Shown piece by piece: positions 1-14,067 of a stretch of 64,000 nucleotides of DNA. The notes under the pieces were generated by a model. That model was not told where the DNA came from and made no database searches. It saw only the letters and a program-made list of their open reading frames with translations. The DNA is taken from positions 809,095 to 873,094 of the forward strand of contig JAAOMT010000571.1 of assembly GCA_016748015.1 (NCBI GenBank). Reading direction: 5' to 3'. The DNA is from Geosiphon pyriformis uo1. Taxonomy: Eukaryota > Fungi > Glomeromycota. Both the position numbers and the translations under genes were made by a program. Each line of letters opens with the position of its first letter. Within the stretch, counting starts at the first letter, position 1.

Positions 1-68
1 TAAGCATTTTATTTATAAGCATGATTAAGCTAATATTTGCTAAACCATTAGGACTTCAAATTCTCGCA

Positions 69-501
69 ATGGCAGGTGACAAAAAGAGTATGTATACAAG
101 TTTTTCTACTATTATAAACTTACATTGCTTCCTGGAATCCAAACTTTTTGTTAGCCCAATTCACCCCCGTCTTTTCTCAATAAATTAATTGATCTAAACT
201 GGCTTAAGCCCTCTTAAAGGACCCGGCACTTGACCGTTGGTACCTAGCAATACATGAAACCCCAAGATTTTACTTTCGTTGGACAAGCCGAACTGTTAAG
301 ACAGCGATTGGATTAGGTGTTGTCATTCCTTGCTTCTTGCTATACTTGGGTGTAGAATTTCAAGTAAGGTAGAACAAACGGTAAATTGATCTTCAAAAGC
401 TATTTTTACCAAGGTTAATTGAATCGTTCGTTCTCAAGGACAAATATGATTTTCGCGGTGCCAGAGATAAAGAATCCATGCTGAAAAGGCCCAAAGAATA
501 G
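69..501 (+). CDS. NDUFB4: NADH:ubiquinone oxidoreductase subunit B15 (NDUFB4 family), 3 exons: 69-87, 209-363, 439-501
   Basis: Manual splicing (GTATGT..AAG, GTAAGG..AAG) gives MAGDKKTLLKDPALDRWYLAIHETPRFYFRWTSRTVKTAIGLGVVIPCFLLYLGVEFQDKYDFRGARDKESMLKRPKE*. DPALxRW..YFRWT plus one TM helix is the fungal B15 signature. Not in the ORF track. Confidence 0.85.
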
Positions 502-900
502 CGATAATACGTTAATTACAATAGCCATTGGGGTGATAGAAATTCCCCCATTAAAAATGTCGTTGTAACGAGATTAATTTTACCTTGGATAAAATTGTAA
601 GTGATTTTTCTCAAATTGCTTGAAAAAAGTATGCAAGGAATTTTGGGTAACATTTTAAGGTTTCATAACCTCTCAATCTATTCTCGAGTTTTTGTCGAAA
701 CATATCTTTCCTCTACCTAAGAACCCGAGTGAAACTAGCTCAACTAATCTATTTTCTCTTACATCAGAATGGTAACCTTTTATTTTAATTCGAGGATTCA
801 ATAACAATGTTCAATATCAAACAGTGCTTACAATAAATTTAGATTTTATATGTTGGAAAAGTAAGCTTGATTAGCTATTTATGCAAAGTGTCCAAAAGCC

Positions 901-2055
901 TTATCTTCTTCTCTCCCTGAAAGATCTTCCATCTCTTCCCCCGCGATCCCGATCCCTTTCTACATTCCTTACTCCGTTCCTGTCACGATCTCTTTCTCTA
1001 TCCCGATCCCTGCCTCCACGTTCTCTAGTATCGCGTCCAAGCGTACTACGAAAAACTCTGGGAGAATCTCTATCTCTTCCTATTGCACGATCTCGTGGCT
1101 GATCTCTTATTGTATTACTCGAACGACGTTCGATCAATCCACGTGAAGCAGGCATCCCATAAAATACAGCCACATCCAAAAAATCCCCGATCACAAAACG
1201 CGCATCGTCCAGATTATTGTCTTCCTCTACAGTATTGCGCGAATTCATTACCATCCCTAGATCTTTAAACATGTAACAATTCCGTAACTGGTCTTGGTAG
1301 ACTAATTTGAATGAAATTCGGGCATTTAGGCGTTGCGCATCAGGTTTTATTTGTTTGATAAGGTTTGCAATTTCTTTGAGTGTAGCGTCTTTCCTATAGT
1401 CAAATAACATAAGTGGTCAAATGGGTTCAAGTCATGTTATGAAAGAGATAATTATTGTGCTACCATGTGTATATTTGAACTTCATGGTTTGTTGGCTGTT
1501 CGTCTATTGTGTATTTGTCAAGGCTTTGAGAAAGAAATTCAGAAAAACTTTTTAAAGACAACCATAATTTAAAAATAATAGTATGATATATTAGTCAATT
1601 AATATCCTTACCCATGATGCGAACCCTCCTGACAAAAAATTCTAAGCAAAAAAGGACATGTCTAAAACAAAATTAAATAATTAAAATTTTTATTCAGACC
1701 AAATATTTCACAAAAAAATATGCTTGAATTGCACCTTTTCTCGATCTACCACGATTTTGGCTTTTCCTGTGCCGGAGGGGTTAGCTGTAAGAGAGGATTT
1801 TCCAAGTTCAGACGTGGCACGACGTTTAATTGGCTCATTGTTCTCTGGTTTAACCGTTGGAAAATTCTTGACGTCTTCCATGGCTGCCCCTTCGGACGCT
1901 TCTCCTATAGTTGAGATTGCAGCTTCTTCACCTGCGTCTGAATCAGCTCTTGGAGCTAGTTTCGCCACTTGTACCCTATTTGTTTCTGTGGGAATTCCAC
2001 CACTGCTGCTACTGCTTTCTTCTTGACTATTGACCTGTGCCTCCATAGATGACAT
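901..2055 (-). CDS. SAP18: Sin3-associated polypeptide SAP18 (ASAP/PSAP and Sin3-HDAC component), 4 exons: 2055-1735, 1661-1612, 1523-1464, 1393-901
   Basis: Spliced product reads VDREK-TCPFLLRIFCQEGSHH-GLDKY..EVQIYTW-KDATLKEIANLIK..LDDARFVIGDFLDVAV, the SAP18 hallmark motifs. GT-AG introns are in phase. RD/RG-rich tail. Confidence 0.93.
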
Positions 2056-2365
2056 TATATTGAATGATTTTCAACTGAGATTCATAAGAAAAAGTAATAA
2101 TAAAAGACGCGGAAAAAACAATTAAATGAATAGTAAAATCTAAACCAGTATTCAATTAAGTATTTATGGTGTGACATAAACAGAGTTATCACTTTTAAAA
2201 TATTAATGTATAATTTAATTGGCAAACAATTTATAAACTTTATAATTATTATTTAAAAATAAATGGGTTTAAATATTAAATGAAAATATATAATTTTATT
2301 ATATGTTGATTTTCCATATGTATATATTTTTTAATTATAAATAACTCTTTTTCTTTTGTATTTTT

Positions 2366-2900
2366 ATGACCACAACCAAAGCAAAAAGTAAAAATTGCAA
2401 TATTTTTAATTTTTTAAAACAACTAGTAGTATTTTTACCAGTAAAACACTTACAGCTATAGAGACTGCTTAACAACACTCTATGAAAGCACTTTTCTTAA
2501 ATAAATTAGTAGTTAACCAGCTTTCTGTTAGTTTAAAACACTTTTTTATCTTTGATTAAAAGTTTTTTTTCTTTTAAAGTTTTTTAAAAAAACTTATTTA
2601 AAGTTTTGATATGATTTTTGTTTTTTTTTAAAAGCTTCAAAATATTTAATAAAAAGATAATAATCAAGTTAACTTTTTTTTTATTCTTTTTATTGTTGTT
2701 TAAATAGTTAAAAAAACCAAAATATCAAAAAGCGATTTTCTCAAATTTTTGTTATCTCTAATAGCAATTTTTTGGTATTTTTAATGCCAGTTTTAATGTT
2801 TTAAAAACAATTTTTATTTTTGTAAAAAATAAAGTTTGGTTTTTTTTTACCAATATTAGTTTTATTGTAATTATAAATAGAAAAAAATTTCTATTTTAAA
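2366..2900 (+). mobile_element. Highly eroded relic, possibly the ORF1 5' fragment of another LINE subfamily
   Basis: Residual coding-like sequence (ATG ACC ACA ACC AAA GCA AAA AGT AAA..) within AT-rich DNA. The identity rests on recalled resemblance only. Confidence 0.25.
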
Positions 2901-3214
2901 CAATATTATTTATAAAATAATTCAAAAAAATAAGTAATAATTAAATATAGCATAAATTAATTAATAATATAATAAAAATTATTAAACTATATAATATTAA
3001 AATTTTTAAAAATACCAAAAAAAAATTTAAAAATATTAAGAATTTTAATAATAATTTAAGAAAAATATAAAAATCATTAGAAATTTCAAAAGTCTTGTAT
3101 TATAAAAATATATATATATATTAATAATATTAAAAACAGAAAAAAAAATTTAATTTAATTTTTATTAAGTAATTTTAATAATTAAAAATTTAATATTTAA
3201 AATAAATAATTATA

Positions 3215-6200
3215 ATCTTTCTCTTATTAATTTTTTAGTCACAATAAAAACTAAGATATACTTAAGAAATAATTTTTTTATCCTTTTTTTTCTTTTAGTT
3301 TTATAGTTATTTTTTTTAATACATTTTTGTTTATAATTATAGAACCAGTAAACTTTTCTGCTAGTGGATTGAATTTTGGTTTTGCTAAGTTAAAAATCTA
3401 CTTTAACATAAAGAAAAAAAAAGTAAAATATATTTACTTTTATAGTGTTTTCTACAAAAAGCTAAAAAACCTAATATTAAAACTAGTTTAATTGAGTTAT
3501 TTGCTGGTTTTTTTAGTTTCAGTAATTTGAAAATAAATAGTATTAAGTTTGTTAAATCCTAAAGTAATAAAATTGTAAGAAAACAAACAGTATTAGTAAA
3601 ATATTGAATATAGAAAACATAAAAAATACAATTGCAAAAAAGACTAGTTATGCAAATTTAAATGTCTCAAAAATAAACAATACAATAAACAATATTATAT
3701 TTAAGAAGACATATACCAGAACATATATTTTGAATAATTAGTTAAAAAAATTTTTTTTTAATAATCCAAGTAATAACAATAATAATATTCTGATGCTTTC
3801 AAATTTTAAGTTTTTTAAATTCAAATATTTGTTATTAATTAAATCACATGCTTTAAAAAAACAGAGTTTTAATTCAGCAAAATTTTTTGTATTAGATATT
3901 AAGCTTTTTGCTGTGTCTGAAAAAACTTTTGGTGATAAATTAATAGCTATAAAAAAATTTTTTATTGTGTTAATGGTTTTGAAATGACTTTAACTTTTTT
4001 AAAATTTTCTGATATTATTAAATCAATTTTTACATTAAAATAAGTTTAAAAAAGACTAAAAAAATAACAATTAGTGAAAAATTTTTGGTTAATAATAATG
4101 TAAAAAAGATAATTAGTTATATAAATTAAAAAATAATAATCAAAAAAATTTCAGTTAATTTATCCAAATTGGTTGTAGATTTGGTTTTTTTTAAGTTTGA
4201 TAAAATTGTGTCTATTAAAATACAGCTTATTGGTTTTTGGTAAAAAACTTTAATTAAATTTCAGTCTGTTGATATTATTAATTTGGTTACAGTTAAATAG
4301 TTAGTTCTTATAAAAAAAAAATTCTGTTTATGTAGTTAAGATCATTAATAACAAACAAATATTAATATTTAGAGATTATTATTAGACTTTGTTATATATA
4401 CTGCCAGTTAGTATTACTGCTTATAATCTTTTTAATCTATTGGTTTCTTATGATGAAAGAATTTGGTTTATTGGTTGTAATCTAGATTTATATATATAAC
4501 AAGTATATTATTATTTGTTTTATTAATAAGATATTTAAAAAGACTGTTATTGGTTCTATTCTGGTTTTTAAAAATGTAAATTTGCATTAGACTGATTTGT
4601 TTTTGGCTGTCTATACTTATTATAAACAATTTAGTTATGTTTCTGTTGTATGTATATCTGGTAAAAATTTTGATGGTTATAATAAAAAATTAATTATTTC
4701 TTAGAATTGTGTTTGACTAACAAATATTTATAAGAAAAAACAGATTTTAATTGTTTAGTCAGTTTTTTTTTGTGATAAAACATAAGTGCAAATTGCTAAT
4801 AGTGTTTTTTTTATGAAATATTATTAGATTTTATGATTGTTAGTTTATTCTTAAAAAATAAATCTCTCTTATTAATTACTATAAAAATAAGTAATAAGTT
4901 TACCACTCTTAAATATAGTTTTGTTAATCTTGCAAAGCAGATTAATAAGCTAATTATGAAATTAAATACATTTAAATCAATAATTTTCTAGTCTAGTTTT
5001 AAATGTTAATCATTAATGACTTTTTTATTATAAAATTAAAAGACAAATATAATAATAAATAAGAGTTTGAGTGTATCTACCAGTAATAGAACTATTGTAA
5101 AAGCAGTGTTTTTTAATCTTTTAATTATTTTTAAATTAAAGAATATCTTGAAAAGTTTGTTAACTATAATAATAAGTCTTTTGGCCAAAATAGATAATAT
5201 TAGTTCAAATATAAGAAACTCTTCTTATTAATAACTAAATTTGTCTTAAAAATTGTTATATGTAGCATTAAAAATATAAATAATACTACTAAAAAAAGAG
5301 AACATTATTTGTTAATACAAAAAAATAAACAGTTTTATCTTAATTATTACTAAAACAAAACAAAAAAATAGGGTATATTTATAAATTGTTAACAAGTTTA
5401 ATAATATTTAAGTATTTATCTTTGGTTTGAACTTTGATTACTTGAATTCTAATGTTATAATTATTATAAGTATTGTATTGGCCAAATATATATACAAAGT
5501 TTTTAAGATTGTTAATCAGCTTTTGTCTATTAAGCTATTTTTTAAAAATAAGCTGTCTGTTTAATTTTAGAACTGTATGTTGATTTTGTTTTAATAATAC
5601 ACTTGGTTTAAGCTGAAAAAATTAATTTTTTAATTGTAAAAACTGTGAATGGATTTTTTTTTGTAATCTTAAATAATAATTTTAATAAAAATAGTTTTTA
5701 TAAATGTGCTAGTTTTAAGAGATACTATAATTTGAAGCTAGTTATTTCTTTGGTGAAAAGCTTAATTACAAAAATTTCAACATAAAAAAATTTTAAGAGT
5801 GCTAAGAAAACAATTAATTATATATTTGTTTCTTAAAATCCGATTAATATGATAGTAAATTATGAAATTTTAGATATAAATAAATACTTTAACACTAATT
5901 ATTAAGCTGTTTTTTGTCTTTGTAAATTTAAATGATTTGCTAGATGTGTATTTAAATTTTTTTTATAAACAAGCAAATAGAAATTATTGGAAGTTTAATT
6001 TTAAAAGTGCTAATAATATTAAGTAGCTTAGGTTTAAAAATACTATATTGGCTAATATTGCAATATTTTTAGATAAATTTGTTGTATCTAAAATATTTTT
6101 AGATCTGAATGCTATGTAAAATATTATTTATAAGATGATATGTTTATTGGCCAACAAGATATTTAAAAAGATATAATTTAAAAATTTTGATAGTATTTTT

Positions 6201-9200
6201 ATCAAAAAATTTTTTAAATTTTAAAAGTTGCAAATTTTGGTATCTAAAATTATTAAATTTTTGTATATAAGATTCAATATTGAATTTGTTTCTTTAATAA
6301 GCCATTAGATATTTTTAAACAGTATTAAAACCTTAAGTGTTTAAGTTTGTTTGGATTTTGGTGTCAATTTTAATTATATAAGATCTGTTTTATCTGATAT
6401 AAGGAAATCTTATCACACTTCCAAGCTTGCCAAATTATTAAAGATAAAAAAGTTAAATATTAGATTTGCTGTTATTAAGTAGATAGAAAGCTTTGCTGTT
6501 AATAAAGATTATATAATTAGAAGTATATTAGAATATTTTTTTTGAAAAATGGTTTTAAATTACTTAGTTGTTAATAATTAATTGGTTTTGAATTCTAATA
6601 AAGTTAAATCTAAGATTAATATAATAATAAAAAGTTAAACAAAAAAGAGATTAGTATTAAAAAATGTTTTAATGTATAATATTATTAGTATATATCTTTA
6701 ATTTATATTAATAATAATATTTTTTCTGATATTATGAGTGCTATTGCTTATGATAACATATTACAAGTAATTAAAAACTTGTTTAATAAAAAAGCAACTG
6801 GTTTGTTTGATATTACTAATAAGCTTTAAAAATATTGTAACAATTTTGTTCTCAAAATGTTTTTGAATTTTTTAAATTCTTGTTTGATATATAAATTTGT
6901 GTCTCAATCTTGAAAAAAAACTTGAATGTTAATAATTCCTAAATCTTATGAATGAAAAGATACTTTAATTAATACTAGACTAATTATTTTAATTAAAACT
7001 GTTTAAAAAATTCTCTTTAAGATACTTTGTGATAAAATTTTATTGATCTGCAGCAAATTTAATATTTTTTATAGTAACAATTTTTCTGTATTAAAGAATA
7101 TTACTATTCAATCTTTATCTTTGTAGTAAGCTTAATCATAAAAAATATGTTAAAAAAAGACTATAAACTTTGGCTGATCTTATAAAATATGCATAAAACT
7201 TATGATTTTGTTGATTAACATCATTTGAAAAGTGATTTAATATAGATAAAAATATATAAGTAGTTTATTAAATTCTTTAGTAATATTCACAATAATAGAA
7301 TTAATTGAGTTATGTTAAATTATAAACTTACTAATAATTACTAAGTATATAATAGTTTAGATCAGAGTAAAATTTTTTTTTTGCTTTAAAAAATTTTTTA
7401 CAATTTTTTTTTATGTGAAATTAAAAGACATAAGAACTTGTATGATTATTATATTAATTTTAAATTTATTGCCAAAATTAGTAAAATTAAAAATCAAGCT
7501 AAATTAACTTCTTATTTAACAGCTGGTATATTTGCAAATAATACAATTTGGGTAAAAAATAATTAAGCTGCTACTTAGTATATTTTAAATATTGTAAGTA
7601 AGTTTTTTAAAGTTAATAAAATTTTAATCAATAATAAGAAAACAGTGGCCATTTTTATTAATCAAAAAATTAAAAATGTTTTATTATTAATAAGTAGTCT
7701 GTCAATTTTTATTGCATAAAAAGAGAAGTTTTATAGATATTTAAACATTTTTTTGTCTTTTAAAAATTTGTTTAAATCTAACTTAATAAAAATCCATTCA
7801 AATATTAAGTTTTTTACTAATATGATTTTGAAAAAACTACTTTAGATAAACAGTTCTTTTATTTAATCTTGGCTGTACTGTAGTTTATTGTTAGTTACAA
7901 AATTTAATTTAATTTTGTTTCTAAGAATATATATAACAAATAAAATACATTGATTAAAAAAAGTTTAAAAATAAAAGCTGGTTTGCTAAGTAATTTTTCT
8001 AACAAGATTTTTTACTATCTATTTTTGTATGATTTAAAAATATTTGAATAAGTATAAGTGAAAAACAAAGTGGTTGCTGTGTTGTGTTTTTTAAATACTA
8101 GTAGTATTTTTGGTTATTTTTTAATTATAAGTTTTTGAATTTGCAAGTATTAGGTTGGTTTTCCAATTATTTACTGCAGTTTTTTTGTTAAATTACGAGT
8201 CAATTTAGTTTTTTATGATGTTTTTTGCTTGCTTAAGAAGTTTAATGTTGTTTTTATTAAACAACTGTATAATAAAAAGAAATTAGTTTTTAATTAGAAA
8301 AATTTTTATTATTGGAAAAAACTTAATTCTAAGAATTCAGTTCTTATTTAACTTAAGTTAATATATAATTATTTGATTGTTATTGTTTTTTATTTTATTA
8401 ATCAGCCACCTATTAATAGTCTACAATTTTTAAATGTTTTTGATTTTAGTAATTTTACTGTAATAAAAAAAAGTTTTTTTAATGCCAATTTAGATATTAT
8501 TAATATTTATACAAATAAGTTTTTGAAAGTTTTGAATACATGTAATATAAAGTATAATACAGTTGCATTTTTTGCTAATCTGAATCCGAGTGTAGATATT
8601 AAAATTAATAGTTTGGTTTCTTTTATATTGGTAAAATTTCAAACAATTGCTTTAATCTTAGAGTGTGTTTTTTTTTCTAGTATTATTGTAATATATTTAA
8701 ATAATTAAACTGTTTTAAATACTTGTACTGCAGAATTAAATATGGTTTTGTCAAACTTTTACAACTGTTGTTGGCTAAAAAAGCATTGTATTGTGAATTC
8801 TGTTAAATATAAAAATCTCAGTGTTTTTTAATTTAAGATTAAAAGCTATTTGGATGTTTTGGATAATAAATGTACTAATAAACTGACTGATATAGTCTTA
8901 TATTTAAAGTTATACTTATTAAGAAATTAGACTTAAGTCTGGTATTGTTAATAAAAGCATGATTAAAGATATAGATTGAGCTTAGATATTATTAGTTTAA
9001 CATCCTAACTTATACATAACTGCTGATTTTACAAGCAAACTCACTGTTGATTTGTATTTGTATTTTATAAAAGTATTGTATTATTGTTTATTTATTGTTG
9101 TTTATAAGTGCTTATATAATAAAAAATATTCTAATATGTTATGTTTTTATTGTAAAAAAGTAAAACTTTCTAATTACTTTTTTATATACAAAATAAATTC

Positions 9201-9814
9201 TGATGTTTATAAAGGGTTGTTAAGAATGTATTTAGTTTAATGAAGTTTTTTATTAGACTTAAGCTTATTATTGTCTTGTGTTTTACAAATACTTTTTTAT
9301 ATACAATTAACAATGTTGTCTACACTACTTTGTATAAGGATTTTATGTTTAAGATATAGTATCTAAAAGCCATATTTATTTTTAGTTATGTTCAAACTAC
9401 AGTTAAGAAGATCATTAACTTTGTGTAAAGCTTGGAAATAATTTATTGTGCTAAGATGTGATTGGTGAAATTTAAGTATAAAGTAATTATAAAAAAGAAT
9501 AGTTTAATTACATGTAATGGTTTTGTATTCTCAATAATTTATGGTTTATTATTTTTGCTTTTTGATAATATTGTTAGATTACTTAAAATTACAAAAACAT
9601 ATAATATTTGTTTTAGATTATATAAGCTTTATATTTTTTTTTTGGTATTAATTGTGCAATTTCTGTTAAAATAAATTCATAATATTGTTCTAATTGGTCT
9701 GAATAGTTGATTATATGTAAAAAGTACATGATTTATGTTTAGTTTAAATCACTTAATTTAATATATTGTGCTAAGTAGTATTTGGATCTCATTCATAAAA
9801 TGAATAAAAAAAAA
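3215..9814 (+). mobile_element. LINE copy A, near full length, extremely AT-eroded (ORF1, APE, RT, RNase H remnants, 3'UTR, poly-A)
   Basis: Colinear with copies C-F: RT remnants ~6780-7560, RNase H remnant in ORF 8373-8708 (LVKFQTIALILECV), C-terminal Cys motif 9052-9240. The 3'UTR at 9680-9800 matches the reverse complement of 13950-14070 and ends in an A-tract. Confidence 0.85.
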
Positions 9815-10229
9815 TTATTTAAATTTTATAAATTATTATTCATTTTATTAAAATTTATTTATTGTTAATAAATATTTTTAACAATAATTTTTAATTATAA
9901 TTATTAATAAAATATTAATTTTTATTATTATTATTATTATTTTTTATTGTGTTTTATTTTGTGTTATAATTAATTAAAAAAAGTATTAAAATTACAATAT
10001 TAAAAATTATTTAATAAAAAACACAAAATAAATATAAAATTAATTTATTAAATTATTTATCAAAAAACCAATAAATATTAAAATAAATTAGTTATTATAT
10101 TAAAAAAAATAAATACCAAGTATTATTAATTATTAACAATAAATTTTTTTTATTATATAAAAAACTCAATTTACTAAAACTTTTATATTAATTAATAAAT
10201 TTAAAACACCAATTTATAATCTTAAATAC

Positions 10230-12960
10230 TTTTTTTTATTACGAAATTAATAAGTAAAGCCCAACTGTTATCTAGTATATAGAATCAAACTAAGTAAAAC
10301 AAACTAAATGCAGCTTACATATTTATTACATATGATTAGCCATTCAGACCAGATAAAACAACACTATATATTTATATCAACAAATGTATTACTACCTAAA
10401 TCTAAAAAAAATGACATATTTTGTGTTTACCAAAACTAATAGCAAAAGATTCTATAATACTAAGCATAAAAACCATCTTATTTGACAACAAAAACACTAC
10501 ACAACAAGACAAGCTTGAAACCAAACCATCATTACTAACCAGACCAGTCTTTTTTATATCCACTTTATGTTTAGATCTAACAAGCCAAACCTTGGCATAA
10601 TGTAATTCTACCACAAACCTAACATATTTGACAAGACCTAAAACAGTCCTTTTTTTTCTTTCAAAAACCAAAACAGTCTTAGCAAGCCAATCTCTCAACA
10701 CAAAAACTTTGCAAATCACAGCATAAAAACCTACATCCAAAGAACACATTGAAAGCAAATACAAAACAGCCAAAGCAGATAAGCAAAAAGAATCCATTAA
10801 AAATGTCCATCTTACAGCAGCTTCAGCCAATATGTCTTTATGAAGACTGATATTACCATAACAAATAAAAACATAATCAGACAACTCCATCTTATTATAC
10901 AGCAAGTACAGTATCCTAGAATAATTTTTGTTATACAATCTCTTTCTAACTACTATCAGCAGTTGTTTATGTACTACTTTTATCAAATATATACATAGAT
11001 TAGCTGATTTCTTACTAGTAAATTCAGACAGCATATGTGAATCAGATTGCCAAATCTTTATAGTAATAGTTCAATCTATCTCTCTAATTATAGCACTCAA
11101 AACCACATTATAACTAGGACCAGCTTTTCAATAAGCACAGCAAATCAACTAGTACAAATCATGAACAAAATAATGAGTATTACTAAACACAACAGTACTT
11201 TTAGCAACCAAAAACTATTTCTAAATCTCAATTGACAAAGAAAAAGAAGTGGCTTTACCAATCAACACATTAGCTTTAATATTGTCCAAAATTTTTGAAT
11301 GTCCTTTAATTTTCATCTAATTAACCAAAATGTTTTTATTTCTAATAAAATTGACTATATGTAATTTCTTAATTCAATATTGATTGTAAAAGTTAGACAC
11401 AACAAATAAAACTTTAAACATATAAGCATCAATTGCAAATTGGCTGTCCAAATAAAAAATTACAGCACAAGAAAATAAAATACACTTCAAAGCCAAAGCA
11501 ACAGCTTGCAACTCAGCTAAAGTAGAAAACAGAAGTCCAAACACTTTAATCTCAATATTCACATTTGCAGCTGAAAAATAAGTAGCTGCTCCATTTATTA
11601 TCTTGACAAAACCAGTATTCTTCAAGGACCCATTTGTATAGACTTTAATACAATCTGACCAAACCTCTAACAAATTATTCTATACATCAGAGAACCTCTT
11701 AGAATTCAAAACATTTAACACAGGCAATTTGGGATTAATAGCAAATTTGACCTCCAAAAAAACAATATTGCTTATAAACTTAGATGCCAATACAAATCAG
11801 TAAAGCACAAAGCCTTTCAGATCCAACTTTTTCTACTGTCAAAATATCTTTTAGTTTATCACATTTCTTTTTTTGTTCAGAAGTCTATTACCAAATGCAA
11901 CACCAAACTGCTTTAAAGAAAAAACAGAATTATAAAACAAGAGCTGTTCTAAGATACCAGACATTAAAAATCTACCAGACCTATAAAAAGCACTAGACAA
12001 ATTGTTTATTAAAAACAATTCATTATCCAAAAATATTTTTATTACACCAGCCAAAAAATTATTCATTGGACTAACATGTAACTTGACAGAAAATTGCAAA
12101 AAATTCAAAGAGAACTATCTTAAAATCTGCAAATCCAAAAACTTATGTTCAAATAAATGCCCAAGAATCTTTCAAGCATTGAAAAAAAAGACCAGCAAAG
12201 CCAACTTTTCTTCAGACTAAACTTGCTTACAAGGTTTTAAATCATACAAAGATAAATAGTACAACACTTTACTAAGAAAGTTATATGATAAGCCAATTTT
12301 AATCTTAAAACCCTTTCTAATTATCATATTTTACTTGTGACACACATTTGTAGATACAAAATTAAACTGCATCTGAAAGCTAACTATGAGCTGCAGGACA
12401 GCTAAAACCAAGTAAAAAACTGTTTATCTGTGATAATCTTTTTCAACACCACATTAGAAAAAAACTTAACATCCACATAAGCCTGAACCAAACTAAGATT
12501 GGAAAGACTTTCAGTAAACAAAAAAATTCCCAAGTATCTATACAATTCACTCTTCTTAGCAATTAAAATTGGCAAACTATTAATTATAAGTAAAGCAGTC
12601 TTGACATCTTGATTGATAGAAATAGCTACTGTCTTATTATTATAAATTGAAATATTATTGACAACAAAAAACTCATTGGCAATATTTAAAATATACTGTA
12701 CAGAAGTTTGACAAACTTCCAATCCAAATTGTATTATTAACAAAGACATTAAAAGCAAAAAAGGAAGTCTTCTCTCTAATAGCTTTAACTTTACTAGACT
12801 TAGCCACAAATCTAGTATCAATTCTGTATTTACATAAATGCTCATGCCTTTTTACTTTGCACAAAAGTGGATTATAAAAATTTTTTCAAAAGAGCAGAGA
12901 AAACATTTTACTTTGATCCAAACTATTATGAATTTTATAACTATTTGAGAATCTAAAATC
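10230..12960 (-). mobile_element. LINE copy B, 5'-truncated (RT C-terminal half, RNase H, 3'UTR); same subfamily as copy E
   Basis: RNase H motifs VYTNGSL and STLAELQAVALAL (11374-11673). 3' end matches 46605-46740. T-tract at 10230. Confidence 0.88.
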
Positions 12961-14067
12961 TTAAATATTATTTAATTATTTATAATAACAATAATAATAA
13001 TAAAAACATATTAATTAATATTGGTTTAAATTTATTTTTAATTATATTGTTTAATAAATTTTCCTGGTAAGCTATTCTCAAATTTATATTACTTTTTATT
13101 AATATTAAAAACAAAACAAACTATGTTTTTATATATATAATTTTAATTAATTAATTTATTAGATTATTTAATTTTAAAAATTAAGTTAATCAAATAAAAA
13201 TGAAATTTATTTCTTTTTTTCTGTTTTTTGATAATATTGTTTTTAATAATATTTAAAAAATTAGTTGTTAAAATTTTTTAAATAAATAGTTTTTATTTTA
13301 GTATTTAATATTTTTTTAAGATTAAATTAGTTTATATTAAAACTGTTTTTTAGTTTATATATAGTTTTTTAATATAAAATTTGTATTTAAAAACAATATA
13401 AAATCTTTTATATAAAGTTTATTTTTTAAATTTTATTAAATACTGTTTTTTTAATTAAATTTACTAGTTTTATTTATTTTTTTACTTTTAAAATTACCAA
13501 GTTTTTAAGTTGTTTTTTTTTTTGCAATTGTTATTTTATATAATATGTTTAATATTATTATTGTTAATATTAAAAATGTTTTTAATGTTTTTAATAAAAT
13601 ATTTAAATTATATTAAAATTTATTAATATTTGACAATATATTATTGTTTATTTTAAGTTATTTAATATAATTATAATTGTTTTTAATTATTAATTAATTA
13701 TATCTGTTTTATTTTCAATTTTTTTAATTTTGTTTAACAATTATAATATATAATTATTATTTTTAACTTTTGTAAAAATTTAAATATTATAATTAAAAAA
13801 AGTTATATTTAATAAAAAATTTTATTTGTTAATATTGTTTTAAATATTAAATATTAAATTATTTAATTATTAATTACAAAATATATATATATATTTTTTT
13901 AATTAAAGATGTAAATTAGATTAGCTTTTATTTTATTTTTTTTTATTATGTTTTATGAGTGAGGTCCAAACACTACCTAGAGCTATACATCAAAGAAATG
14001 ACATAAACTAAGTATGAATCATGCTTTTTCTACATGCGACCAGTCACTCAGATCGATCAGGACAACA

